Source: an uncultured Fibrobacterales bacterium | GTDB lineage: Bacteria; Fibrobacterota; Fibrobacteria; Fibrobacterales; CAWVXU01 | Assembly (NCBI GenBank): GCA_963934255.1 | Contig: CAWVXU010000025.1 | Coordinates: 1 to 30,000, forward strand | Reading direction: 5' to 3' | DNA: 30,000 nt | Part shown: positions 1 to 8,671 of the stretch, piece by piece | Position numbering within the stretch: the stretch's first letter is position 1 | Layout of the letters: each line of letters begins with the position of its first letter | Program-made: the position numbers and the translations under genes | The notes under the pieces: generated by a model | What the model was told of the DNA's origin: nothing | Database searches by the model: none | The model's input: the letters and a program-made list of their open reading frames with translations, nothing else

Positions 1-72
1 GCACCTGCAGCTCCAATAGAAGAGGCACCTGCAGCTCCAATAGAAGAGGCACCTGCAGCTCCAATAGAAGAA
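1..72 (+). repeat. 24-bp coding tandem repeat, at least 3 copies (GCACCTGCAGCTCCAATAGAAGAG)
   Basis: Units at 1-24, 25-48 and 49-72; the last differs at its final base; the array may continue upstream. Confidence 0.95.
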
Positions 73-117
73 GCGCCCAAAGACCCTGCTGACGATGATG
101 GGTTTGTTGACCTTTAA
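1..117 (+). CDS. 3' end of a gene truncated by the window edge, with a Pro/Ala/Glu-rich tail (APAAPIEE)x3-APKDPADDDGFVDL*
   Basis: Frame 1 is open from base 1 to TAA 115-117, ending 8 nt before the folC ATG; not in the ORF track. Confidence 0.75.
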   Translation, partial: APAAPIEEAPAAPIEEAPAAPIEEAPKDPADDDGFVDL

Positions 118-125
118 GTACCTTC

Positions 126-1394
126 ATGAGTAAATTTAATTCGAATCAATGGCTAGAATCTAGAATCCGCTTTGGCGTCAAGGCGGGTCTTGACAATATT
201 ACAGAGGCATTAGAATTATTAGAGCGTCCCGACCAAGAATTGCAAGTTATATTAGTAGCTGGAACCAATGGTAAAGGCTATACGACAAGTTTGCTAGCAA
301 ATCTGATGACTGAATGTGGGAATAAAGTTGGGTGGTTTTGTTCTCCCCATTTAGTAAGCGTGCGAGAGCGAATCCGAATTGCTAATACCCCCATCCCTCA
401 GCTTGAATTAGATAATATCTGTTTCGAAATTTCTCAAAAATGTAAATCCATAGAGCTCACTTATTTTGAAGCGATTACTTTAATTGCAATTCTCTATTTT
501 AAACAAGAAGGAGTGGATTGGTGCATCTTTGAAGTAGGGCTTGGTGGGCGTCTTGATTCTACCAATGTACTTCAACCCCAAATAAGTGTGATAACAAGTA
601 TTGGATTAGATCATTCGGAATTTTTGGGACATGATCTAAAGTCAATTTTGTTTGAAAAATGCGGAATCATGAGACCAGAGCGACCAGTGTTTTCTCAAAT
701 AATTCAAAATGATTTACGTGATGAAATTAAAAAGATTGCAACACAAAAAAATGCAGACTTAAGGTTACTTAATTTTCAAAAGGATTTACTTCAAGGTCAT
801 TTTAAAAGGAATCAGGACCTTGCCATTGCTGTGATTCAAACGATTTATCCTCAGTTTCACCCATTACCGCCGGTATTGTTAGACATAATTAAATCTCACG
901 AATGGGCGGGCCGCCAACAAGTTATTGAGGATCCCGTTTATATGCAAAAAGGCGCTACACTGATGATTGATGGAGCCCACAACCCTGAATCCATGAGGGA
1001 ATTGAAGCTTTATCTAGAGACTGTGCCTGGCAAAAAAGCCATCGTTCTCGGTTTGATGTTTGACAAAGAACTCAGGCTTATCTTTGATGAGATTGTTAGT
1101 ATGAAAGTTGATGTGTATTTTGTAAGAGGTGACTTCCCCCGTTTTGCGGAACCTGAGGAATTAGTAAAGAAATTCAACCTTTATACAGGAAAAGACTCAA
1201 CGTCAATTAGCATGAAATCATTAATTGATGCTGATTTTTTGAAATCAAAAGGCTACGATCAATGTACTTTATCTGGCTCGCTCTATTTAATAGGTGAATA
1301 CATTTCAAAAACAGCCCATCGTTCAGAAAACCTAAAATGGTTTAGGCAATTCACACCTGACTTAAATGAAATGTCGCATTCCAACTCTACTTGA
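126..1394 (+). CDS. folC: Bifunctional folylpolyglutamate synthase / dihydrofolate synthase
   Basis: VAGTNGKG P-loop, SPHL..VRERI, FEVGLGGRLDSTN, IGLDH and DGAHN motifs. Confidence 0.95.
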   Translation: MSKFNSNQWLESRIRFGVKAGLDNITEALELLERPDQELQVILVAGTNGKGYTTSLLANLMTECGNKVGWFCSPHLVSVRERIRIANTPIPQLELDNICFEISQKCKSIELTYFEAITLIAILYFKQEGVDWCIFEVGLGGRLDSTNVLQPQISVITSIGLDHSEFLGHDLKSILFEKCGIMRPERPVFSQIIQNDLRDEIKKIATQKNADLRLLNFQKDLLQGHFKRNQDLAIAVIQTIYPQFHPLPPVLLDIIKSHEWAGRQQVIEDPVYMQKGATLMIDGAHNPESMRELKLYLETVPGKKAIVLGLMFDKELRLIFDEIVSMKVDVYFVRGDFPRFAEPEELVKKFNLYTGKDSTSISMKSLIDADFLKSKGYDQCTLSGSLYLIGEYISKTAHRSENLKWFRQFTPDLNEMSHSNST

Positions 1395-3036
1395 TCAGGT
1401 AAAGTCCTAGCCAATGCCAATGCTCTTGGTGATAGGCTGGCGTTTCTTTTGTTTGATTTAATCTCAAATTATTAGCGTCTACTCCACTCAGTATGAAACT
1501 ATTATCAGGTGAGACACTCAAGCCTTCAATCGACGGAACAAATTTTGGGAATCCACGGTATTTCAAAAATCGTTGTTTGGCCTCTTCTGACATGTTCAGC
1601 GTCGATCCTATTTTGGCTCTATAATTCAACTCATTGAGTCCATCAATTCGCCCAATGATTTGTTTATAATGCTGAGAAACATCCCATAAAAGATCAAATT
1701 GCCATGGCAGTTGATCTTTTAGATTCCAATAAAGTATCGCTTCAGGTATTGATTTAACATCACTGCGAACCATACTTGAGTTCAGTGTTTTAAATCGACA
1801 GTTTTCTAACAACAAATGAGATCCTGTAGATTTCAGTGTTTCAATTACTGAAGCTGATGCTACAATATCTAAAGTATAATAAGCTTTTTGTATTTGTTTA
1901 AAAAACAAGGTCGTTTCAATGGGTTTAATTTCAGCGCTTTCAATCAAAATTGCTAAAGGGTACCTCGGCTCTTTAAAATTGGCCGATAGCATTTTTTTAA
2001 ATAGAAACTCACTTATCTTATTTGAAATAGAGCCATCCAAAGGGGGGAATAATTGTGAACGAGCTTTTTCGCGTGCCCAAAACATTGGATCAGGTCTGAG
2101 TTTCTCTGTGAAAATTTGTCTGAGTTTTTCAATGCTTTGGAAACGATAAGAACTAGAACGAAATTGAAATTCAATTCCATTGGGGTGATAGAACGAAGAA
2201 TTACTTAACTCGGGATGGTCATAAACCATAATGGGCTTGTTTAGTAAATAATATTCCAAACAAACTGAACTAAGATCCGATATCATAGCGTCAGAAATAA
2301 CCATAGCTTGGTTAATATTCTGATCATTCCAAAGTGTAATATTTTTATTTAATTGGATGAGAGAATTGACTTGTTCTCTTTGATTGGGCTGGGTAGCTCC
2401 ATGAAGTTTGAAAATAAAGTGGAATTGGTGAGATGATATTTTTGAAAAATTATGACAAATGAAATCAATACAATTGAACTCTTGATTATGAGTAGGAGCG
2501 ACAAGTATGAGTTGTCTACCTTGGCTATTTGGATGTAATTGGGTAAATGAATCGCGAAGCACTTTTTCTTGCTGGATATCTTGAGTAAAGCTATCAATTT
2601 TCGGAAAGCCCAAAGGCTGAACCTCTGTATGAACACAGCCTTTAAATGAGTCTTTGTAGGCTGGTCCCGGGACAATTAATGTCTCATGAAAACTCTCTCG
2701 CCAACAAATCTCTTCATTCAGGAAATAAATATTTTTACTAATAGTTCCATGACCAAGGCATATTTGCTTCCCCCAACGCTCAGTGTATTCTAATACAAAA
2801 TCGGCACTAATTGTCAGGTCAAACGCCAAATTTATTTGATAGGCGGTACAGGGATATTTATCTATTAATGTCTTTTGCTGTTCACCACTTATACCTTCGT
2901 CGGGGATTCCATTTGCCGCATTTTGAAAAGGAGCAATCACAAGAGTACATTCAAAGCCTCTTTTGATACATTCGTCAAGCACCGGAAGTAATACAGGCAG
3001 ATGTAATTCGCGTTGTGGGAAAAACCCAAGTCTCAT
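1387..3036 (-). CDS. CDP-glycerol glycerophosphotransferase (TagB/TagF-like, GT-B) family protein with a divergent C-terminal domain
   Basis: GHG..SK, GFPKID, APTHN, KLHG and ISDLSSV..EY.LL.KP motifs. Start moved from 3042 to ATG 3036 because AGGT lies 6 nt upstream and the N-terminus then matches its paralog. Confidence 0.8.
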   Translation of the reverse strand: MRLGFFPQRELHLPVLLPVLDECIKRGFECTLVIAPFQNAANGIPDEGISGEQQKTLIDKYPCTAYQINLAFDLTISADFVLEYTERWGKQICLGHGTISKNIYFLNEEICWRESFHETLIVPGPAYKDSFKGCVHTEVQPLGFPKIDSFTQDIQQEKVLRDSFTQLHPNSQGRQLILVAPTHNQEFNCIDFICHNFSKISSHQFHFIFKLHGATQPNQREQVNSLIQLNKNITLWNDQNINQAMVISDAMISDLSSVCLEYYLLNKPIMVYDHPELSNSSFYHPNGIEFQFRSSSYRFQSIEKLRQIFTEKLRPDPMFWAREKARSQLFPPLDGSISNKISEFLFKKMLSANFKEPRYPLAILIESAEIKPIETTLFFKQIQKAYYTLDIVASASVIETLKSTGSHLLLENCRFKTLNSSMVRSDVKSIPEAILYWNLKDQLPWQFDLLWDVSQHYKQIIGRIDGLNELNYRAKIGSTLNMSEEAKQRFLKYRGFPKFVPSIEGLSVSPDNSFILSGVDANNLRLNQTKETPAYHQEHWHWLGLYLIK

Positions 3037-3112
3037 TTCCATACCTACAAGATAAGTATTGAATTGCTATGTTGGTAAGGGTAAGTGTTATTCAAATTCC
3101 AAAAGAGTAATT

Positions 3113-4219
3113 ATGATGTCATTAAATCCTGAGAGTGTCATTGAGCCCTTGAGTAATCGTTTTGATGAAAAATTAGTTTGGATTCCGGTGCTGCAACTTG
3201 ATATATCTAGTGTCATACCAATTTGGAATAAAATAGCGTTAGTCTTGTCTGAACTTGAAGTCGTTATTGTTCTCGATGAACAGTTCCCTAATTATATTCG
3301 TCACTACTTTAATAAACTATCTGCCGGCACTAAGGGTTTGAGTTGTGTAAGTATACTTTCAATAGCGATGGTAGATAGCGCAAAGTACCTCCTTCTTGAT
3401 GATCAAGTTCAAAAAGAAAAGCTAATGAATCAGTTCCCTAGTATTTATTCTCTAGAGATATTTCTATTTCAATCAGCATATAGACATGGTCTCGTTTCTA
3501 CTGGTGGCGAGGCAATAGTTTATGATATTCAAGACTTGCTAAAAAACATCAAAGCCTCAAAGTTAAAGGAGTCGTTAGCTCATTCTTCAAACTTAATTAA
3601 ATCATCAACCGCGACAAATCCTTTGACTCATTTCATTATACTTGCCCCCTCTCATCAAGAGATGGTTGATGTAATGATATCTAATTTAAAAGACACAAAA
3701 TTAAGTAAAATAATATTATTCCAACCACTATTTGAATACAAATATCAGCCGATGACAAAGGTCGATATAGTTCGAGAGCCTCTGTCCCTATTGAAGGAAT
3801 TAGTCAATTATAAGAACGACCATTTTTTAATACAATTCCTACCTCTTCAGTTAGATAGCCGAGGTGTTGAGAGGTTAAAAAGTTGCCTGAGTCAATTCAC
3901 AATCAATTCATCCGATTCTGAAGACGCCGTTCATATTGCAGCCCCTCTTACGCTTAATTCACACCCCATTGCCAAGGTGAACTTTCACCTCAAGATGGAT
4001 CAATACCCAGTGCATCAAAAAATGGATGCCAACGGTTTAAGGGAGTTTATTTATCAAACAAATCAAGCTGAATTTTTAAAAGTGCCAGAGGTTGATGTTG
4101 GATTGATGATGTGCACCCATAAAGCGATGGTTATTTTAGCTCAAGATGGATTACAAAAAATGGTGCAAAGTCCCAGCCTCAACAAGTGCTATTGTTTAGA
4201 TACATTTACCGTTGGCTAG
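3113..4219 (+). CDS. Hypothetical protein; C-terminal part resembles a degenerate GT2 glycosyltransferase segment
   Basis: Long ORF between two transferases; ATG 3113 follows AGAG; segment IAAPLTLNS...LREF...VDVGLMMC loosely resembles a GT2 C-terminal region; no clear DxD. Confidence 0.55.
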   Translation: MMSLNPESVIEPLSNRFDEKLVWIPVLQLDISSVIPIWNKIALVLSELEVVIVLDEQFPNYIRHYFNKLSAGTKGLSCVSILSIAMVDSAKYLLLDDQVQKEKLMNQFPSIYSLEIFLFQSAYRHGLVSTGGEAIVYDIQDLLKNIKASKLKESLAHSSNLIKSSTATNPLTHFIILAPSHQEMVDVMISNLKDTKLSKIILFQPLFEYKYQPMTKVDIVREPLSLLKELVNYKNDHFLIQFLPLQLDSRGVERLKSCLSQFTINSSDSEDAVHIAAPLTLNSHPIAKVNFHLKMDQYPVHQKMDANGLREFIYQTNQAEFLKVPEVDVGLMMCTHKAMVILAQDGLQKMVQSPSLNKCYCLDTFTVG

Positions 4220-5942
4220 TTCCGTATAATCCAAGATTACAGACAGAGTGTTTTTTTTGTTCTTGAAGTTTAAGGTGGAAATAAAACCAATCAAATTCAA
4301 TCTCTCCCATGGTTTTTTCTGAATGATAATAATCTAGCCAAAAGGGTATTAACCCGTGTTGTATAAACGTCCCATCCCATTTGGCAGCTTTTATATTTGC
4401 CGAGTCAGGGAAGTAGACATGTTTACAATAAGTTTGAATCTTTTCTTCAGTCGCATCAAGCCTTTGCGGTAAAACACTTGCTTGTCTTTGATAAAATGAG
4501 GACGATTTATCTTCTAACAAAGGGAATTGAACTTGCGCTAATGGTTGCCATACCTTGTAGTGCATTGCAATTAACTTGTCTAATTCTTTTGGGAAATAAT
4601 ATTCCCCATTGAGAAGAATAATTCCATCAAGCTCATTGAGGTGAAGCTTCTTTATTTGAATCATATCAACCCATATGACAAAATCAAATGAAGGTAGAAT
4701 GGGGGATTTGTTTTTTGATATAAAACACACCTTGGGTTTGTCATTGAAAGCTAAGTTTTGCAGGTTATCTTGTATCCGTTGAAGCTCAATTGCAGTAAAT
4801 CCGTGAATTGGTTCAATCAAAACATAAATGAATTCACTTCGATAAGATGGGTATTGTAAATGATTTGCTAAGAGTTTCTCAATTTCCTGAGCTACACGAT
4901 GGCTGTTCTTTCCGTCAAGTTTAGGAAATAAAGTGTCAGCATATTTTTGTCGTGTAATACTCATCGGATCAGATACTAATTTATCAGTAACAAGATCGAC
5001 AAAATTATTCCCTTCACAAAATTGATAACATGCATCTCTAGTTTGAAACTCTACGGCCTTGGGGTTATAAAAGGCACAAGTCTTTAAATCGGGGTGATTA
5101 TATAAAAATATAGGTTTACCTAAAAGTAAATACTCCACATAGACACTTGAAACATCGCTGATAAGGTAGTCCGAGAGTTGCATCCAAGGGATGACATCAT
5201 GATCTTCAAGAAACAAGATGTTGCAATTTTGATTTGCCAACAATTTATAACTATCACGATATTCTTGACTTGATGCACCATGTAATTTAATAAGAACCAA
5301 TGTTGGCGAAATAGTTGAGTTTGCTAATTGAGTTAAAGGCTCTTTCATCATGTGCAAAGAACACATTTCCACATTGTATGTAGGGGCGTACAAAGCAATC
5401 TTCTTGTTGGTGGTTATTATGCCAGATTGAGCCAGAATATTATGAGCATATGAGATGTGATCTTCATGGAGAGCATCAAGCTTAGGGAACCCTGTCGGGC
5501 TGATAATTGTTTGGACCATTTCGCCAAAGGCATGACTGTACCAAGGACCTGGAACACAAAGGATGTCAGCAAAATTTTCACGTCGGCATATGGGTTGGTC
5601 AATAAAGAAAATATTTTTTGAAATTGTACCATGGCCAACACATACAACCGGACCCCAACCGTCCACTCTGTCATAACAAGCGTCAGCTGTGACGACGGCA
5701 TCATATCTTGATTTATGGCCATTTTTATTCCCCCAATAGGGGATGTTTTGATGGTGTAAATTAGTAATCGTGTTTTGAGAAAGTCCCTCTTCTGGCCATT
5801 CTGCTGTTCCAGCAATAAACTCTGGTGCACAAACTCCTAATTCCCATTCGTCAGTATTATTTAGAGCCTTCAGAGCGTGATAGACACGAAGTAGAATAGG
5901 TAGGTGAAGCTCACGAAGAGAATAGAGGGCAATTCTTTTCAA
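4206..5942 (-). CDS. CDP-glycerol glycerophosphotransferase (TagB/TagF-like) family protein, paralog of 1387-3036
   Basis: GHGTISKN, GFPKLD, YAPTYN, KLHG and ISDVSSVYVEYLLLGKP motifs; TTG start 3 nt after the galE stop. Confidence 0.82.
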   Translation of the reverse strand: MKRIALYSLRELHLPILLRVYHALKALNNTDEWELGVCAPEFIAGTAEWPEEGLSQNTITNLHHQNIPYWGNKNGHKSRYDAVVTADACYDRVDGWGPVVCVGHGTISKNIFFIDQPICRRENFADILCVPGPWYSHAFGEMVQTIISPTGFPKLDALHEDHISYAHNILAQSGIITTNKKIALYAPTYNVEMCSLHMMKEPLTQLANSTISPTLVLIKLHGASSQEYRDSYKLLANQNCNILFLEDHDVIPWMQLSDYLISDVSSVYVEYLLLGKPIFLYNHPDLKTCAFYNPKAVEFQTRDACYQFCEGNNFVDLVTDKLVSDPMSITRQKYADTLFPKLDGKNSHRVAQEIEKLLANHLQYPSYRSEFIYVLIEPIHGFTAIELQRIQDNLQNLAFNDKPKVCFISKNKSPILPSFDFVIWVDMIQIKKLHLNELDGIILLNGEYYFPKELDKLIAMHYKVWQPLAQVQFPLLEDKSSSFYQRQASVLPQRLDATEEKIQTYCKHVYFPDSANIKAAKWDGTFIQHGLIPFWLDYYHSEKTMGEIEFDWFYFHLKLQEQKKHSVCNLGLYGTSQR

Positions 5943-5945
5943 AAC

Positions 5946-6935
5946 TTAACCGTGTCTCTTTTTGTGCCAATTCCAGGCATGAGTGAGGATCGTTTCTAAA
6001 TCGGCAAACTGCGGCTTCCACAGCAAATCTTTTAAAGCAAGTTGACTATCACCCACGAGCATATCGGGATCTCCGGCTCGCCGTTCTTCCATCCGGACAG
6101 GGATAGGATGTCCGGTAACTTTTCTTGCGATTTCAACAACCTCTAGAACGGAAAAACCGGTACCATTACCTAAGTTATAATTTTTTGAAGTGCCACTTTC
6201 CAAAAGACTTTTTAAAGCCAATTCATGTGCTTGAGCGAGATCTAAGATATGAATGTAATCTCTAATGCAGGTGCCATCAGGAGTTTTATAATCCGACCCA
6301 AATATGGAAATAAATTCTCTTTTACCTAAGGCAACTTGCAGTATCAGTGGTATCAGGTGAGTTTCTGGATTATGATCTTCACCAATTCGACATTGTGGAT
6401 CAGCACCGGCCGCGTTGAAATACCTTAAATTGATAAATTTCATCCCATAGGCATTTTCATAATCCCCTTGTAGCATTTCTAGCAGAAGCTTTGTACGCCC
6501 ATAGGGGTTTATTGGTTTTTGACGATGATCTTCTGAGACTTTATCCGTGATTGGCTTGCCAAATGTGGCACAAGTCGATGAGAAAATAAAGTTTTTCACC
6601 TTATATTCAGCCATTTTATTGAGTAATGTGATAGATTTTGAAAGATTATTGTGGTAGTATTTAGCGGGGTCAGTGACTGATTCTCCAACATAAGCATAGG
6701 CACTAAAATGCATCACAGCTGTAAAGTCATTGTTTTGAAATAAATCATCCAAGACTTTAGGGTCACCCATATCGCCTTGAACAAAACGGCCAAAGAGAAC
6801 AAATTCCTGATGACCATAGACCAGGTTATCAAGGACCGTTGTTTGGTAACCAAGTTCATTTAAATACAAATTTGTGTGTGAGCCGATATACCCAGCGCCA
6901 CCAACAATCAAAATATGGGGTTTGTTTTGAGACAT
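5946..6935 (-). CDS. galE: UDP-glucose 4-epimerase
   Basis: GGAGYIGSH, FSS, YGRTK (YxxxK), LRYFNAAGA and RDYIH motifs; likely start ATG 6935 with SD AAAGGTG. Confidence 0.96.
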   Translation of the reverse strand: MSQNKPHILIVGGAGYIGSHTNLYLNELGYQTTVLDNLVYGHQEFVLFGRFVQGDMGDPKVLDDLFQNNDFTAVMHFSAYAYVGESVTDPAKYYHNNLSKSITLLNKMAEYKVKNFIFSSTCATFGKPITDKVSEDHRQKPINPYGRTKLLLEMLQGDYENAYGMKFINLRYFNAAGADPQCRIGEDHNPETHLIPLILQVALGKREFISIFGSDYKTPDGTCIRDYIHILDLAQAHELALKSLLESGTSKNYNLGNGTGFSVLEVVEIARKVTGHPIPVRMEERRAGDPDMLVGDSQLALKDLLWKPQFADLETILTHAWNWHKKRHG

Positions 6936-7058
6936 AATACACCTTTGTTTAATTGAAATTATACTTCTATTTCGGAGCGTTATGTGAGTTTTTAGCGAAA
7001 TTTTACTCATCAAAGTCACACTTGAGGTGAAACTTAAAGAAAAAAGTAAAAGAAAGCT

Positions 7059-7085
7059 TAAAGTTTTGCTCTAAGATGCCGATAT
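7059..7085 (+). promoter_or_regulatory. Sigma-28 (FliA/SigD) promoter
   Basis: TAAAGTTT (7059-7066) - 11 nt - GCCGATAT (7078-7085), against consensus TAAAGTTT-N11-GCCGATAA. Confidence 0.88.
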
Positions 7086-7100
7086 ACTTAATGCAGCTGC

Positions 7101-7143
7101 GGTGTTTTTGGGAAGAAACGCTCTGTGCAAATTAATCGGAGGA
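7101..7143 (+). promoter_or_regulatory. 5' leader hairpin with a GGGA loop plus GGA motifs at the SD; candidate CsrA target
   Basis: GGTGTTTTT-GGGA-AGAAACGCT forms a 9-bp stem with 3 G-U pairs; GGAGGA at 7138-7143. Confidence 0.45.
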
Positions 7144-7147
7144 AAAT

Positions 7148-7411
7148 ATGGAAGTCTCAGGCAATAATCCTGTTGGATCATTAGATTCAATGAGAAATAA
7201 TGAAATTAAATCAATCTCGCGTGAAGTGGTTCAAAAGAAAACTGACGAAGAAGTTCAATTAAAACGTCAGACTGAAACGGACCGTGTAGAGATTGAAAAC
7301 AAAGATTTACGTGATAATCAACGAGAAGCTACTGATTCTGAGGCTGTTGAAAACACCAAAGCATTCAATGACGGATTACGGTCAGGTCAAAATATTGATT
7401 TCATTGCCTAA
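7148..7411 (+). CDS. Small sigma-28-dependent protein with a YjfB/motility-like C-terminal G-x-N-I-D motif
   Basis: Strong SD GGAGGA; sigma-28 promoter; C-terminus GQNIDFIA; internal TDRVEI. Confidence 0.75.
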   Translation: MEVSGNNPVGSLDSMRNNEIKSISREVVQKKTDEEVQLKRQTETDRVEIENKDLRDNQREATDSEAVENTKAFNDGLRSGQNIDFIA

Positions 7412-7458
7412 TTAGTTAGTTAATAACGACTGACTTAAATTTTTGTATATTGACGGGC

Positions 7459-8148
7459 ATGAGTGAAATACATAGTGCCCTTCTTTACTTTACATGCATA
7501 GTCATGTCCTTAGCGATCCATGAATTTGGACATGCGTGGGTGGCTTATCGTCTTGGTGATTCTACTGCTAGATCTTTAGGTCGAGTTACAATTAACCCCA
7601 TTAATCATTTAGACCCCATGGGAACTTTGATGTTGGCTATACTAGCCTTTAGTCAAATAGGTATAGGGTGGGCCAAGCCTGTCCCTGTTAATCCTATGAA
7701 CTTAAGTGACCCGCGTCGCGACCTTATGCTCATATCATTTGCTGGGCCTTTAATGAATCTTATTCAAGCTTTTGTGGTTTCAGGGGTTTTAGTTGCTTTG
7801 TTGAATTCTGGTGTATTGCACCCTCAAGCAAATCAAGGAGGCCTTGGGCTTCTCAAAGACGGCCTCTATATTTACATGGTGGTAAATATTGGTCTGTTTC
7901 TTTTCAATATGCTGCCAATTTATCCTTTAGACGGGTCCAAAATCATTTCATTTTTCATGCCAAGACCGATTGCTTTCAAATTTGAATCCAAAATGTTTGA
8001 ATGGGGTTCTAAGCCTTTTATTATTCTTTTTATTGCTCAAATGCTTTTAGGCCATAATGGTCCATTTTCATTGATATTAGGGCCAGCAGTTCAGTTTTTA
8101 TTTGGACTTTTATTAAGTTTTTGGAGTATCGTTTTAAGTATTTTTTAA
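7459..8148 (+). CDS. Site-2 protease (peptidase M50) family protein
   Basis: HEFGH (HExxH), NPINHLDP, GWAKPVPVN, AGP..N and FNMLPIYPLDG motifs; start is ATG 7459 or TTG 7450. Confidence 0.93.
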   Translation: MSEIHSALLYFTCIVMSLAIHEFGHAWVAYRLGDSTARSLGRVTINPINHLDPMGTLMLAILAFSQIGIGWAKPVPVNPMNLSDPRRDLMLISFAGPLMNLIQAFVVSGVLVALLNSGVLHPQANQGGLGLLKDGLYIYMVVNIGLFLFNMLPIYPLDGSKIISFFMPRPIAFKFESKMFEWGSKPFIILFIAQMLLGHNGPFSLILGPAVQFLFGLLLSFWSIVLSIF

Positions 8149-8164
8149 AAGAAATCAAAACGCC

Positions 8165-8193
8165 TTGAATAATTTGGTAATTATTTGTAGTTT
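8165..8193 (+). promoter_or_regulatory. Putative sigma-70 promoter of rpsT
   Basis: TTGAAT - 17 nt - TAGTTT. Confidence 0.55.
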
Positions 8194-8237
8194 GGCTTCA
8201 AAATTGAAAATAAATTTAAATTATTTGGAGATTGCTT

Positions 8238-8504
8238 GTGCCTCAATCAAAGTCATGTAAAAAACGTCTAAAAATTACTGCGCGTCAAAACCGCACCAAC
8301 CGCTCAGTTCGTTCGGCGATTCGTACAAAAATTAAAACTATCCGCTCTGCTGAAGAAAAAGAAGTGATAGCTGCTGAAGTTCCTCTTCTTTTCTCTATGC
8401 TTGATAAAGCAGCACGTCGTCGCCAAGCTGGTTTCACTAAAAACCGAGCAGGTAACTACAAGAGTAAAATACAAAAGATATTAAACGCTAAATTAGCAGC
8501 TTAA
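8238..8504 (+). CDS. rpsT: 30S ribosomal protein S20
   Basis: KS.KKR...NR..RSAIRT.IK and LDKAA pattern; GTG 8238 lies 7 nt after GGAG. Confidence 0.93.
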   Translation: MPQSKSCKKRLKITARQNRTNRSVRSAIRTKIKTIRSAEEKEVIAAEVPLLFSMLDKAARRRQAGFTKNRAGNYKSKIQKILNAKLAA

Positions 8505-8534
8505 CATCTCCGATATATACTATACAATCTCTTG

Positions 8535-8560
8535 AGCCCTCATTATTTGAGGGTTTTTTT
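8535..8560 (+). terminator. Intrinsic terminator after rpsT
   Basis: AGCCCTCA-TTATT-TGAGGGTT stem-loop running into a T tract. Confidence 0.85.
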
Positions 8561-8671
8561 GTTTTATGCTTGATTCTGTGGACAAAAAATTATAATTAAA
8601 GTGTGAGGGATTTGAATTCTTTAAGGGTACGTGTTTAAGCCAAGAATTATTTTGGAGAATGGGTTAAATCA

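Noticed and set aside
1..72. Possible CRISPR array
   Set aside because: Units are contiguous with no spacers, in frame and coding; no cas genes
1919..2675. Short track ORFs inside longer genes (1919, 2349; likewise 4397, 5417, 8631, 8880, 9166, 11343, 13532, 14449, 17915, 18473, 20778, 22270, 23216, 24640, 25997, 26160, 26800, 26887, 27900)
   Set aside because: Shadow or alternate-frame ORFs overlapping well-supported genes, with no recognisable motifs
7414..7445. Hairpin AGTTAGT/ACTGACT after the sigma-28 gene as a terminator
   Set aside because: Weak AT-rich stem, and the U tract is not adjacent
8489..8516. Second sigma-28-like promoter, TAAA...TCCGATAT
   Set aside because: Spacer is 16 nt rather than 15, and the rpsT terminator follows about 20 nt later
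8570..8596. TTGATT...TATAAT promoter for the mglA operon
   Set aside because: The -10 is perfect but the spacer is only 15 nt; plausible but not callable
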